A stretch of 63,998 nt of DNA, the filler included, from Sphacelaria rigidula (taxonomy: Eukaryota), in NCBI GenBank assembly GCA_964200075.2. It is 3 parts of 3 records of this genome, joined end to end, with 100 filler letters (N's around TTAATTAATTAA, not from the genome) between each part and the next. Parts side by side here need not be neighbours in the genome. Positions count along the whole stretch, not along the records: positions 43,166 to 63,998 come from CAXNAA020000489.1; 2 more parts are not named here. One strand, 5' to 3'. Made by a program: the position numbers and the translations under genes. Positions 52,201 through 63,998 of this stretch are shown in pieces; the stretch's first letter is position 1, and every line of letters begins with the position of its first letter. Below the pieces are notes generated by a model that did not search any database, had not been told where the DNA came from, and saw only the letters and a list, made by a program, of their open reading frames with translations.

Positions 52201-55200
52201 TGAAACCCGATCTGGACAAAATCGGGGTGTCACGATTTCAGAACGATTTCCCCCCATTTTTTGGCCGGCGTATAAACGCCAGTGCTGGCCAAATAACAGA
52301 ACCTGCCAGCAGAGTAGAGCCAGTCCCACAGTGCATTTGTGCAGACCCCCGCTCCAACAAGCACAATTTTTTTATCCACTTGCTACCCGCGCACAGTAGA
52401 TCTGGCACACTATTTTTGAACGCACCCCCGCAATACAGGGTAGGCAAATAGGGCACACCACGGCACACACAAACCACACAGCTCACACGCACACATCAGC
52501 AGACAAAACACCAGTAGCTAGTTGCAGAAGAAACAGCAGCAGCAGTACTGTAGTACGGAAATCGCCGTTGAACCTATCGCACACGTTGAACCAACCATCG
52601 ATGAGGTGACAACCGCCCGTTCGTAACGGAAGAGCCTAGCTTGACGGGGACACCAGCACCGAGATCAGAACAGTAAGATGTTTCACAAATCCCGGTATCA
52701 CAAAAGACCGCGCGTTGTGAGTTGTGAGTCCAGGTACTTTGTCAATGCGGAGAGACTCGGGAACCATTTCCGGGGGGAAAGGGGCGTGGTCGTTGTGGCG
52801 ACCGTGAACGAAATGAGCGGGAAAAGAGCCGAATGTGTGGGAGTCATGGTTGGAGTTAATGCGTAGACTCGGTGGCACAGAGAGGAGGGCGATGGCCTAG
52901 CAGAGGTACGTTCTCGGCCGATCGGTGGCCCAGATAGGGTACGATTGAGAAGAATTCCTAGATCAGGTATACGTCGGCGAAATGTGGCCTACAAAATGTG
53001 TAAGCGGTTTCTGGAGGCGAAAAGTCCGTTTTCGCGTCGCCATATCGCTCGAGTAACACGTTTTTTACCCTTTTTTTTCGAGCGCATGAAAAGCCCGAAG
53101 CGAAATCGGTCGAAATGTGCTCGGCTGTTTTCAAGTTTCTGGCCATTTTTCGTACCTTTCCTAGGCAATAAACGAGGAGGTATACCTTTTCTAGGCCATT
53201 ACCCTTCGAAGAGTTGCGCGCTGGAATGTTGACACCACGTATGTATCATCACTGCACACAACATTTCTCGAGGTGCATCCTTATTATTTTTATTTTTTCA
53301 CGACGTTATAGCATGATTCTAGTTTGTACGAAAACTTTAAATCGCTTCAACATCCTGATTTTTTTTTGCGAATGCGTCTCGAGAAATGTTGTGCGTTGTG
53401 ATGATACCAATGTTGTGTCGAAATTACAGTGCATACAGCCAACTCTTATGGGAGCGTTTGGAATTTTATTTTGCAACAATTTCAAAGGAGTTTTTTTTTC
53501 CTATGTTATCATGGTGAACGGGCACGAAATACACAACCACGAAGAAAAAAAAAAAAAGTTGTCTAAATTATTGCAAAATAAAATTCGAAACGCTCCCATA
53601 AGAGTTGGCCCAACTCTTCAAATTACCTCCAGCATCGCCAACACACATCTAAAAATCACTCTCAGCTGGCCCAGCCTGTTTATATTCCACAGAAAGTACA
53701 GACAACAGACAGTAGGGGAAGTCCATCACATTGGAGAGGGCGTGAGTATTTTGGCTGTGGTACATCAACAGTAGTGACACGGGGGAAGTCCCATGTTTTA
53801 GTCCTCCGCTTGATAGTGGAACAGAGGGGTCTTCAATTTTGGGCCAGTGCCGAGTTTGAACACTCGGCCATAGTCGCGCTCTTTTCAATTCGCTTCAGGT
53901 TACCCTAATCTGTGTGTGGGAGGTTTGGCTCGTGATACGGGCTTCGTCCGCTAATATAATTAAGCCGATTCTATCCCGGCACATCTCATTTTGCTCAAAG
54001 ATGAAGCCCATAGCTCCTACTCGAGAAAGTCAAATACATCCAAAAAATACTCGAATATTTACCTTGAATATTTCGATATCCACTCATTGGGCTGGTGTGC
54101 TCGCCGTCGTCTCTCCGTCCCTCATTGCGTACTTGGTGTGCGTGGCCGGGTGTAATGCGTGGGAGGACCGCGTGCTTAGGGGAGCGCATCGGAGTTCAGG
54201 CACCTCTATGGTTAGGATTAGGGTTAGACGTTTGTTGGTGTTATAGGGTCAAGGGCGTGGTCCCTGCAGGGACTGGCCCTAATGGTTTTGAAGCACATCG
54301 ACCCTAGGGCGTTTTGAGTGTTGCGGTCCCTGAAGCACGCGGTCCTCCGACGCATCACACCGGGAACAACAGACATCGCAAGAGGAAGGTAGAGTACAAG
54401 AACAAATATATAACGGCGAAACACTTCTGTGTTGACCTTCCTCCTGTGTAACCCCGGCTGGTGCGTCTAGATCTACCGAAAAGTCCAGACTGGCGTCCAA
54501 AACAGATGGGATAACACACACACACGTACACAACAACTGATCCAAACACATAGGAGTACGTGGATCAGTCGGTTGCCTGCCATACGTGTGCGATAGGGTC
54601 AACGGCGGTCTCCATACTGCAGTACCTCTGTTGTTGCTTGTGGGGCTAGCCGGTGGTGTTTCGTCTGTGTATGTGTGCATATGAGCTGTGTTGTGGGTGT
54701 GCGTGCTACGGCATGCCCTACATACCTGCTCTGATTGCGCGGGTGGTTTCGAAAATGGCGTGCCGGGTCTGCTGTGTGCGGGTGGCAGGTAGTGTTGTGG
54801 GAAAGTGAGAGTGGAGGGTGGTAAATACGCCGGCCGCCCGTCTTTGGGAGAAATTGGGTGAAAGCTGAGGTCCCCCCCATTTTGAAGAGGTGACGTACGT
54901 ACTTTGACGTATTGTGGTCAAGTGGGGGGCGTTTGATATTTGTGTCACCGCAGCAGAAGACAGTTTCGTGATAGCGCAGGGCGTGCCTGACCGCACCAGC
55001 TGCTGGAGAAGCTTGGTACGGGGTTTGAGGAGCGGACAAAAAGCGTTGACGCCGTACCTTGAGAAAGGTTGATCTTGATATTTCATCTTGTACTGCGCTG
55101 CCATATGTGTAACCGTGACATACTGAACTTGCAGGGTGATGTATGGCATTGCACTCCTGAACTCTTCTCGCACACCGTTCACTGTCCTCGCAATTTCAAC

Positions 55201-55551
55201 TGTGCCACCATGTATCACCAACTGGTATCATCATCTACTCTAATCATGGAGTGTCCTGTACTAATCAGCCTAGGGTCGTACAAGAGCAAGCGAGTTTGCA
55301 AGCTCGTAGGGACAGACAAGCGATGCGATGGCTTTATGGTACGATACCTTGATGGGAAAATCGCAGTAGAAACACCGTCGTCGACAGAATGGCAAGTTCA
55401 CGTACACCGAACTGGCGCCACAACTTGCACCAACGTGTCGCGCAGCGAAGCCCTCCACCCTGATAGGTAATGTGCTGCATGCCAAGAAGATCAACATGCG
55501 TCGCACAGGCAGTGGTGGCGCCACAGTAAGCCGCATTCGGCACGGCCCCAT
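43259..55551 (-). CDS. hemW: HemW/RSAD1-like radical SAM protein (HemN-like family), 5 exons visible, 3' end lost at the assembly gap
   Basis: Phase-consistent exons 55551-55348, 47772-47296, 45145-44970, 44299-44206 and 43390-43259. Motifs: YVNLPFCRRRCFYCDF, FFGGGTPS, EISMEMDPGT, GVNRVSMGVQSFD, GRAHS, SIDLMSGLP, HISVYDLQVE, GYEHYE. Start could be 55551, 55536 or 55497. Confidence 0.92.
45700..46056 (-). mobile_element. tRNA-derived SINE, copy C (diverged)
   Basis: Colinear with copies A and D (ctggacgccagt..cacctt.cggtata...cccacgacatagtcgctct...aaaatcccagatc...ttaccaactg). Confidence 0.75.
51133..51492 (-). mobile_element. tRNA-derived SINE, copy D (full length, ~360 bp)
   Basis: Head ggtggctcagttgataacttc...gtgggttcaatatac, shared body, tail ggacaacacacaacacaagac. 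Confidence 0.8.
53438..53609. mobile_element. 172-bp MITE-like hairpin with 39-bp TIRs
   Basis: gccaactcttatgggagcgtttggaattttattttgcaa and ttgcaaaataaaattcgaaacgctcccataagagttggc, one mismatch. No clear TSD. Confidence 0.85.
54147..54364. repeat. ~45-bp inverted repeat enclosing degenerate TTAGGG-like repeats
   Basis: ccgggtgtaatgcgtgggaggaccgcgtgctt pairs with aagcacgcggtcctccgacgcatcacaccggg. The loop contains ggttaggattagggttag. Confidence 0.7.
54375..54535 (+). mobile_element. SINE 3' fragment, copy E
   Basis: gtgttgaccttcctcctgtgtaaccccggctggtgcg...gactggcgtcca followed by an AC/CAA tail. Confidence 0.7.
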
Positions 55552-55901
55552 ACTTGCACCCCGCGCCGCCCCTGCACGTTGTAGTAATACCAGTATGGTG
55601 CAGCTGCGGCGGTGTGCCACCTTTTGGTCTCAATCTCTAGCCTGACGAGCACAACTTGAAGCAAGCCAAGTGATGCGGCAATGGGCAGGGGTATAATTGT
55701 TCACGATGTGCATGAATTCCGAGGAACCTTCACCACCGTTTCACGAGCGCTTGGAGGCTTGTTTTTCATGTCGTGACGCGGGTGCCGTGTGTACGATGAT
55801 GCACCGACTGTCTGCGGTTGTGGTCGCACTTGGCCTTATGACCGACGGGTACGAACAAAGACAATGAAGTGATCTTGGTGGGATGTTCTGGTGGCTATAT
55901 G

Positions 55902-55910
55902 TACAACAAT

Positions 55911-55948
<38 letters not shown>

Positions 55949-55950
55949 AC
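55902..55950. repeat. (AAC)n microsatellite in the hemW/DAGL divergent intergenic region
   Basis: acaacaataacaacaacaac... read directly. Confidence 0.95.
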
Positions 55951-56233
55951 AGCAACTTGAAAAAGTTTTGACTACCGTTCCAACGCCGTATAAAAAAACT
56001 GATCATATTTGCAGAATCTTGCAATCAATACGTACGATCATCCTTTCGCTATGCACTGCGCGACAAAGAGGGATATCTGTACCTTCGATATCTTCACCAA
56101 CGGGTATGAAAAATAGCTCATGTCGAAAGTGACACAATTTGCAGTACAAATGCAGCCGCAACAATCTTGGTTGCGTTGTTGAAACAGCGCTAGGTTCCTC
56201 GCTCTGTGTAAGACTTTTGTTGATTCCGCGAAA

Positions 56234-56353
56234 ATGCCTGCCCTTCTCTTCATGGGTCGGCGCTGGGGTGTCGGCGGGGATGAGTTCGCGTTACCATCGC
56301 TGTGTAGTATGGGCCTGAGGATCGTTTGGTCTGTTGCTCTCGTCGTCATTCTG
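56234..56353 (+). CDS. First exon of an sn-1 diacylglycerol lipase (DAGL alpha/beta-like) homologue; gene continues rightwards
   Basis: MPALLFMGRRWGVGGDEFALPSLCSMGLRIVWSVALVVIL|gtgagt matches the DAGL N-terminal signature MPxhxhFxRRWxVGSDDhxhP plus TM1. It is absent from the ORF track. Tentative later exons near 58003-58100 and 63540-63715. Confidence 0.8.
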
Positions 56354-59300
56354 GTGAGTGTGCAGAAGACAGTCGGATACGAGGCCAGGAGTATGTGCTT
56401 GTGAGCGCGCTGCAAGATGTGAAAGCGCCATAGGGTTACGAAGCCATCACTCGACATGAAGAATTTTTCAAGGATCTTGGTTGCCTGTGGCTTCATTTGT
56501 ACTTTGCCTTCGGTTTGCCCCGCGCGGTGCGATATTTGATGCTAATCCAAGGCTCGTGAAGACGCACGGTAGATAACACCCCCATGCGCCAGATGAGGAT
56601 GAATTACTTTTGTACCATACGTGTCCATGCAGCCCGCCTGGTTAAATCTATTGCGCCGTGAAATCCTGTCACCTTAGTGCTTTCGATTGCGTTCTATAAC
56701 AAGACGAGCAAGGAGCCCGACTCTCCCCGATCTGTTCGTAAAATACTGCCGCTCAAACTCCCCCGATTGCGCTTGAAAAGACAGGACCGACCGACCACCA
56801 ATACCGCCCTCCACGTTCTCACCCGACGTGTGCGTACCTTGCACGGTGTATCTGTACTAGTTGTTATCGAAATGAACTTGTATGCCTGCTACAGAGACGG
56901 TGGCTTCCAGCTGGTTCCAGCTTTACTAAGACGACATTATTTCAAATATCGTATCATATGACTGCGAAGGCAGGATTGTATCGGATAAGCGGGTGTAAGA
57001 GAAGCATTTCTCTGGATTGGGGCGGGATAATTTGGCTCACCTCCCACAGATAAGGGTTGAAAAATGCGAATCAACTCTTCGAGAACCCTCCCTCCACTCC
57101 CGTCCCCGGGCCAGACGCCTCATTATCTCAAGCCCTGGCAAAAAACAAAATTTGTCAACAGGAAAGACCTACGCTAACCATTCAACTGGGAAAGAACACA
57201 GAAGAATCCACCAGCACACGCCACGGGTACACGAAGAAGAAAAGTCGCCCCCCGGAGAGGTCGAGTAAGGTTTACATACCCAGTCATACTACGCCACGGG
57301 TAAAGTGTGTCAAATTGTTTGCATCGACAAAAATCCGGCTCACCCCTCACAGATATGGGTAACTTTTAGTGAGTTCAAATATTTACGCGCGAAGCGTGAT
57401 CATGCCGAGCGTTTAAAAATCGGCACTCGGAGAAAAATGAGAACCCGTCTGAAATAAGGGGAAGAACGATCACATGGGACATGTGCTGTTTCATCATGCT
57501 GCAACACAAATACACTCACGCCCTCTCCCATGTGCTTTACCTGTCACTGCGCTGTGGTGTGTGTTCGGACCTTGGCGAAGACGGTTTGGTCTCCGCTGGG
57601 GTTGCGTCCGTTGCCTTACTGTCACTGCCTTCGTTTTTACAGAGAACAATGAACATTATCTTTGTCGGCACGCAGTGCTGTCTACACACTGTTGTGTGTT
57701 GGCTGTTTCGTCTTCCGTCAAAACAACAAGGCGCTTCCCACACCCATAATTTCTATGCTGTAGCTGACGCCGTGCTGTTGTGCATTTAAACACTCCACGA
57801 CAAACATGCTGTGATGTGCGCTGAAGAGTGCCTGAACAGTTGTACTGCTGCATGCCGTGTTTTGGTCTGCACAGAATTGAGGTAGGATCAAAGTGTGCAC
57901 ATAGAGTTGAAACGATTACGTGACGAATGTGCAACTAGCTGTCTGTTGCGTCTTCTTTGGTACTTCAGTTGTAGTCGGGTGCTATAATCGAAGACAGGCA
58001 AGGTGGATTCATGCAAGTTGGGGCAAACAGACCGAGCCAGCACGGAGGTGCTGTATCCCAAGCGATTGATGGCAGCAGCTTTCTCACTGGTGGCGGCGCA
58101 ATGTGTGGGCCAATCACAAATATTTGACCTTTCAATTCCCACTCGATTATTTCATTTGATTGAAGAAAGGTCTCCGCATTTTGGTATATTCGGAGGCTCC
58201 GATTGGTCGAAAAATCGTGCCAGTCAAAATTCTTGCCCCTATCTATGGGTCCTGTGCCAAAAATCCACAAAGACGCTTTCGAACTCGCTATTCAAAGAAC
58301 AGCAAGGGGTTCCGGGCTGACTCGGCACATCCGTACAGCAGCTAAGCTTCATGCGCGCGTAAAGTTGAGCATAATTTGGGGGTTTTGAGTTTGAATAGGC
58401 CTTTTGGTCGCAGAGCTTATACTAAGCTCAATATGCTTGAAACGCGCACTAAGTTGCGATAATTTATTGTGCGCCTCCTGCGGCAAGTGCTCCATGTGGC
58501 GTGAGTTCGTCACCACACAGGCTGACAGGCTTCAACACTTGAAACTTCTGGTCGTGTTTCGTGTTCCTATTTTGTTGCGTGCGGGTCTGATCAGAATAAT
58601 GTCCCACTCTATTTTCTATACATGTGGTAATATGTTGTTTTCAAAAATGTGATACACTTATACAGAGTACAGCTGTAGTACAGCAACAGCAGCAGCAGCA
58701 GCAGTAAGAAGTGATGACAAGTGAAGCAGTCGAGCTCTCTGTCACAGTACTTCGACAATGAATGGCCCATTAGATGGAAACATGTATGGCGGCACCGAAA
58801 CAGCAGAGATTAGCCATCCGGTGGAAAACATCCGCCCGCTAAAAGTAACAAACACGAGACCACACATTCATGCACGCCCGTGTGACACCCAAGTACGTGT
58901 TCGGGAAAATATCGTAAAACACAGTACCAAATAACTACGCTCGGCTCTCTCGAAGGTAAGCTTTCCCCCTGAGAAATAAAATGCTGCAGGGCCACAGCTT
59001 CTAGGCACAATCCTGCGACAATCGACATGCCTACAAGAACTCACCATGCGTTGTGAGGGCATAAACGTTGGAGTGCGACCCCGCGGTTATACCAACCCTG
59101 TGTCAAACAAGATTTCGATTGAAACGCGAAACTACGAGCTGGGTCAACTGACAGCGATTCTTGAATGTTTTCGGGTCAAGTGGTGCTGAATTCGAGGAGG
59201 TGGGCGCTGCAATTTTGACACGAAAAAATTGTTATCAACACACGCAACATTTTCCGGGATGCCAAGGAAAAGAAACGGGACGTTAGAGCGATTTGATATT

Positions 59301-62300
59301 TCGACGAGAACTGTCAAAATGTCATAACTCCGTGAAAAACATGAAAATGGTGGCATCGCCAGAAGTGTTGTACGTACTTACGTGCAGGTGATCCTGGTAA
59401 AATTTCGGCCAAAAGCTCTCACAATTAGGCCCAGCCTGTCACTTTTTGTGCGACACCGCTGCGCCCCTGTAATCCAAGTGATACAGCAAACTCCAGTTAT
59501 AGAGATCAAGAGTTTGAATCCCGATAGATTCTTTTTTGTTCTCAGAATCTGATTCCGTCATTAAGGTAATGTATTATGCAGTACATTTTTTTTCATTTAG
59601 TTTTTCCTCAGCGGCAGAGCGCGCATGGCCAGGTTGGTCTGCGGTTCACAGCGATATGCTTCGATCGGGCTGGTTCGGAAAACTTGAGAAGTTGCTGTGC
59701 GATGTGCGTTTGTGAGTTTCACGGCTGGCCGTGGTTGTATAATTACACCTCAACGACAACGAACCAGACTCCCAAAAAGTATGCTGGTGCAGCAGATGAA
59801 GCAGTTTCTCCTGCACGATTTCGCGGCGCGAAGATTGCGCTGACGGAATCCCAATCAAAGCCCTTGCTGATAGATATTGGCCAAATGAATAAATATTTGC
59901 CAAGTTCCCTGTTGGATCTCATAACACTACCCGCTTCAGTCGCAAGCACACCTCAACCGCCGCGCGGTGCCCGCCCACCGGTCTCCCATATCCCCCACCC
60001 ACCCCCGCCCTCTCCATCGCCAACATGCTGCCACGTACCTCCTCCTCGCTCTCTCCCGACCTTGGTTCAATGTGAATCTATTCGGGAATACAGTTGCGTT
60101 CCAGAATGGAGAATGGCGAAAACGCATCCACTGATTTTCATGGGCCACAGCGAGCCTGTGACCACGGAAGGCGTCCGCATCAGATGCCCAGTACGAATGT
60201 ACGGCGCAGATATCGGAACGGTTTTTAATTTGAAGACAACAAAAACAGCGGAAAAGCAAAACCTCATCCCCGAGGAGCACAAGCACTCGATGTGAGGTTA
60301 ACTTCCACCCATATCGCAAAGTGGAAATGGTTGTACGCAACAATCGCGACCGCAATTGATCACTAGCGTTTCACTAACAACAAATGTTGGGCTTGCCACG
60401 GTCGGGCGTCAGGCTATGTCCTGTCGAAAAAAAATAGATAGCATTCGAAAAATAATACTTTAGTGTGACTGGGCGCGCGATACCTACGCTCCCACCAACC
60501 AAGACAAGTTCGGATGTGTCTATCGGTCTGTGACCGTATTCTTGGGCTAGATCCAAATGACTGAAGAAATTGATCATTCAGGTTGTGTGAAAAACCATAC
60601 CGCTTGTCCGGGAAGATGACTGCGTGCAAAGGAGCATGCCATGCAAGCATGTGAAACGCGACGATAAAAAGGCGCAGATCCCGTAAACAAACCCTGACGA
60701 GATTGCTAATGGCGTGCCTAGATAGGACGGGGAGTTACCCTCCCCTCACTGCCGCGGAAACTTCTGGGGGCGACCAGTATATGTCGATCAAGGCGTATAC
60801 GACACTCGTGGGCCATGCATTTCTGGAATCCGACATCTTTCATATTTGCCGTCGCGGGTGCTATTCGCCGGCCCTACACAGTACATCAGATACTGGTTTG
60901 TAATATAGCGAAGACAACAAGGTATTAAAAGCAGGTGAGCAAAGACCTGCAACTTCAACTAATTGAGGCTCCTCCTCAACTTCCCCGTAAAACCCGGTAG
61001 ACGATACTGGCAAGTCACCTGTCAATCATGGTTCTGTAGAAACAGACGGTAGCCAGACGCTATGACGAGTGTTTAGTACATGTGTAATGAAACGTCGACT
61101 CGGGTGTGCTTTTGTTAGCTACGCTAATCGGTGCGCGAAAAGTGAATGAGCTGTTAACGACCAGAGACAAAAAAATCCATTGTTTCTTTTCCCCCCCTGG
61201 GATACTCCACCGCCCGGATACACTTGGTTCTAGAGTCCAATCTCTTCACGGGTGAGTCGCGTGTGTGTTGATATTTCGGTCAGTTACATCGATATCTTCC
61301 GGGGAACCTGCACAATACTCGTATCATGATCAGATCTTTCGTGGGAAGTTTTTCTGGAAACTTCTCATATGTAGGAATATTCCGCGGAGCATTAATGTGA
61401 CCTTGGGAGGATTGGCTTGAGGTTGGGTTCCAGTCGTTGTCGGTCAGAGTTGTCAACCCCCACTCGGCTTACTTCCACACCCTGGACAATAGGTTCTATT
61501 GTAAAAGATGTACTGCGTACAGTTTGGTATGTGTGTTGCACTAGGCGCAAAAGTCGATACTGTACGCAGTACACTTTTGACTGTTTACTCCCTTGTCCAG
61601 GGTATGGTTCCTTCCTTCGTTCTCCATCTTCATTTTGATCATCCCTGAGCTATGGTCCCTAGCTGTAATGAGAGATGAGTTGCCGAGGTCATCATTGATT
61701 GTCGAGCACGCTAGCGATTTATCGGCAGACACCCTCAGGGATTTTGATCCGTTCTGATGGAAGCTAGACATGTCGATGTCGTGCACTACAGAGGGTCATA
61801 CTGTAGTGTTGTAGTAGCCGCCGAAGTGTGTTGTCTGTATGCTGTTTCCTGTGTGCTGTCGCCCGTTAGCAGGGAGAAGTCAGCCCTGTTCGGTGAAAGC
61901 AAGTAGAGTTGGAGGAGCCATTTCAAGACGGACTGATTTGGTAGCTGCGGATACCGATCGCTGATGTGCACTCGATGCGTGTACTGGTAGGAGGAACGCA
62001 CAGCTCTTATGCGAAACGATTACTGTGACTGTTGGCCAAACGCGTCGGATCAGTAGGACGGTAGCAACAAGGGTTTTCCGACTTGCTGATGAGGAGGAGG
62101 TTTCAGCAGCTCCTTTGTTCAGGAGTGGTCGTGTTCGTCGTGCTGCCTTGAGTTATATATTCGCGGCAATCGAGAAACAAACGCTTTGGTTGTACGCATG
62201 TACTTATGAACTTTGAACATAGGACTACAAAGTATTCTCAAGGAAGTACTGCGGGTTTATTGATCACCCAACACAGGAAAAACAGATGGTAGGAGTGCGT

Positions 62301-63910
62301 GGTGCTTGCTCATTCCCGAAGCTTGTCGAAGCAAGGTGGTGCACAGCACACTGTAATGTGTGTGCGTCGAATGCGATTCGCGCTATTCCTATTCGTGCTG
62401 AACGCCATGTGGATGTGCACCATGCACTTGCCACCAGAGTCGTTCAAATTTATCCGAAAATACTTGTGAAGTGCAATGCAGTTATTCCGGGGCTGGGCAG
62501 GTCCTGCGCGGTACCACTGTCTGTACTCTGGAGTGATTGATGGCTCCTGGAACTTACGCTTATTTCCTGCTTCGGACAGTACTGTGAACCGTTGTTTTGT
62601 TCGGGATGCGCTTGCCGTTTCCCAACCCACCTGTTGTGGCCGACAGGTATGCAGTAGTACAGTCAGAAAGAGTGTTGGATGTTGCGTTTTGTCGTCACGC
62701 TGAATCGTGAGTACGAGACACTAGCGCGTGATGTCAGATATGCTAAATCTCTCACAGAGAAGAATGCCGATTTTTCATGATGAGAGCACGTTCATGTGTG
62801 TGTAGACGTACTGCAATCCTGAAATTTATGTTTGAAAGCTGAAGTTTGAGCGGACACTTGGCGGAATGAGGAGTGCTTGTTTTGCTGAGATAGGTCAGTG
62901 TATGAATGAGAGGATATGATGCGCATGATGGCTGATACTCTGTACGATGCTGTTCCATGTTCCCCTCGAGCCTGCACTTCCATCCATGTGAAACATGTGT
63001 AACCCAGGTGCAACCTTTCGAGACGGGGGTGTGCACACGTGGTGGTGATTTTTTATGGAGGATGACCAACGATCAAGTCAACTCCCCTACTGCACGACGC
63101 CCTCCCTTGCAATGAGTAATTAATGGGAGATGGAGTATATTCGTGCAGTACCCCCTTTTCGCATTGTGTCGGCGGAGGAAGAGATAGAAGCGAAAAAATT
63201 GAGTGGGTAGGCTGTTGTTGTCAGCTCCTTTGAGAGGTTGCGTCGCTGCTCCGACTGTCATGGTGAGAGAGAGGTGAAACAGATACAAGTCTGTTGTGCT
63301 TTCCCTGTTTTTATTTTTTTATTTTTGGCTTTCGATATTCTTCGCTGTAAATGGGGCAATGATGAGTACAGTAGTTCGATTGGCTCTGGAAACCTGGTAT
63401 CATGAGCACTGGAATGTGTTTCAGTCTTTGCCGTAGCTTTCGTCGTTCAGGCGGGTTTATATCCGGAAAAACTATGTTCCGAAATACTGGGATGTAGGGC
63501 TTCAAAGGTGCTGGTGTGCCTGTATTGGTCAAGCCCTAGCCGTCAGAGGCCTCGTTTACGAAATGCAAGTTTGCGCCTTTTGGGCATGAGCTACCCACGC
63601 TGCTTCGAGGGGCATGGACGTTTTGTGGGGTGCTTTCCATCGTGACGTGCATTTGCCTGGGCCGGCGCTCAAGACAGGCTGTGGCATATGATGACGAAAT
63701 AAAAACGTCTAGGGCACGTGGAAATTGTCCTGTTTTGCTTTTGAGGATCAGATTTGCGTCTTGAAATGTTGATCGGAATCTGGGTGTATAAATGACTTTT
63801 GAACCTTGCGGAGAAGTGATGACATATTTCACCGTTTTCCGTGCCTGCCTATATTTTTTATGGTAACTCCTGTTCTTACTGTGCATCCTCTCTACCCGTG
63901 ATGAAACGGA

Positions 63911-63946
<36 letters not shown>

Positions 63947-63998
63947 GGGTGTTATTTCCCCCCTCGGGGAGGGGGGAAGGGGGGGGGGGTGGTTTTAG

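Noticed and set aside
43259..55551. Annotation as true oxygen-independent coproporphyrinogen III oxidase (HemN)
   Set aside because: The motif ends YCDF (HemW-type), not YCGC as in catalytic HemN
29707..56353. FNTA, hemW and DAGL as a functional gene cluster
   Set aside because: Unrelated pathways and compartments; nothing in the sequence suggests co-regulation beyond adjacency
59576..60295. 239-aa ORF
   Set aside because: No recognisable motif; composition resembles intronic or repeat sequence, probably inside a DAGL intron

Overview
Eukaryotic, intron-rich, repeat-rich DNA of roughly 50% GC. Gene style (short exons, multi-kb GT-AG introns, Ser/Pro-rich linkers, a stramenopile-type bipartite plastid presequence) points to a brown alga or related stramenopile; this is inference. 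It is a draft scaffold with N gaps (two padded with TTAATTAATTAA) and poly-G artefacts. Genes reconstructed by hand: (1) a minus-strand multi-exon gene at about 2.4-10 kb with a disordered region and a beta-trefoil/MIR-like domain; (2) an unknown minus-strand gene starting at 29371; (3) a complete 7-exon prenyltransferase alpha subunit (FNTA-like, 29707-38676); (4) a HemW/RSAD1-like radical-SAM gene (55551 to 43259, 3' part lost at a gap); (5) the first exon of a diacylglycerol lipase (DAGL) homologue at 56234. The rest is largely transposon material: a tRNA-derived SINE family (5 copies), a deleted chromodomain-bearing Ty3/Gypsy element, two PIF/Harbinger MITEs with clear TIRs and TSDs, a zinc-finger plus CENP-B pogo/Tigger fragment, decayed Mutator-like and hAT transposases, tandem and palindromic arrays, and long hairpins. 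I found no convincing new multi-gene system. The best leads are the SINE family, the intronic palindromes, the ZnF-CENP-B fusion, the beta-trefoil protein and the animal-type DAGL.
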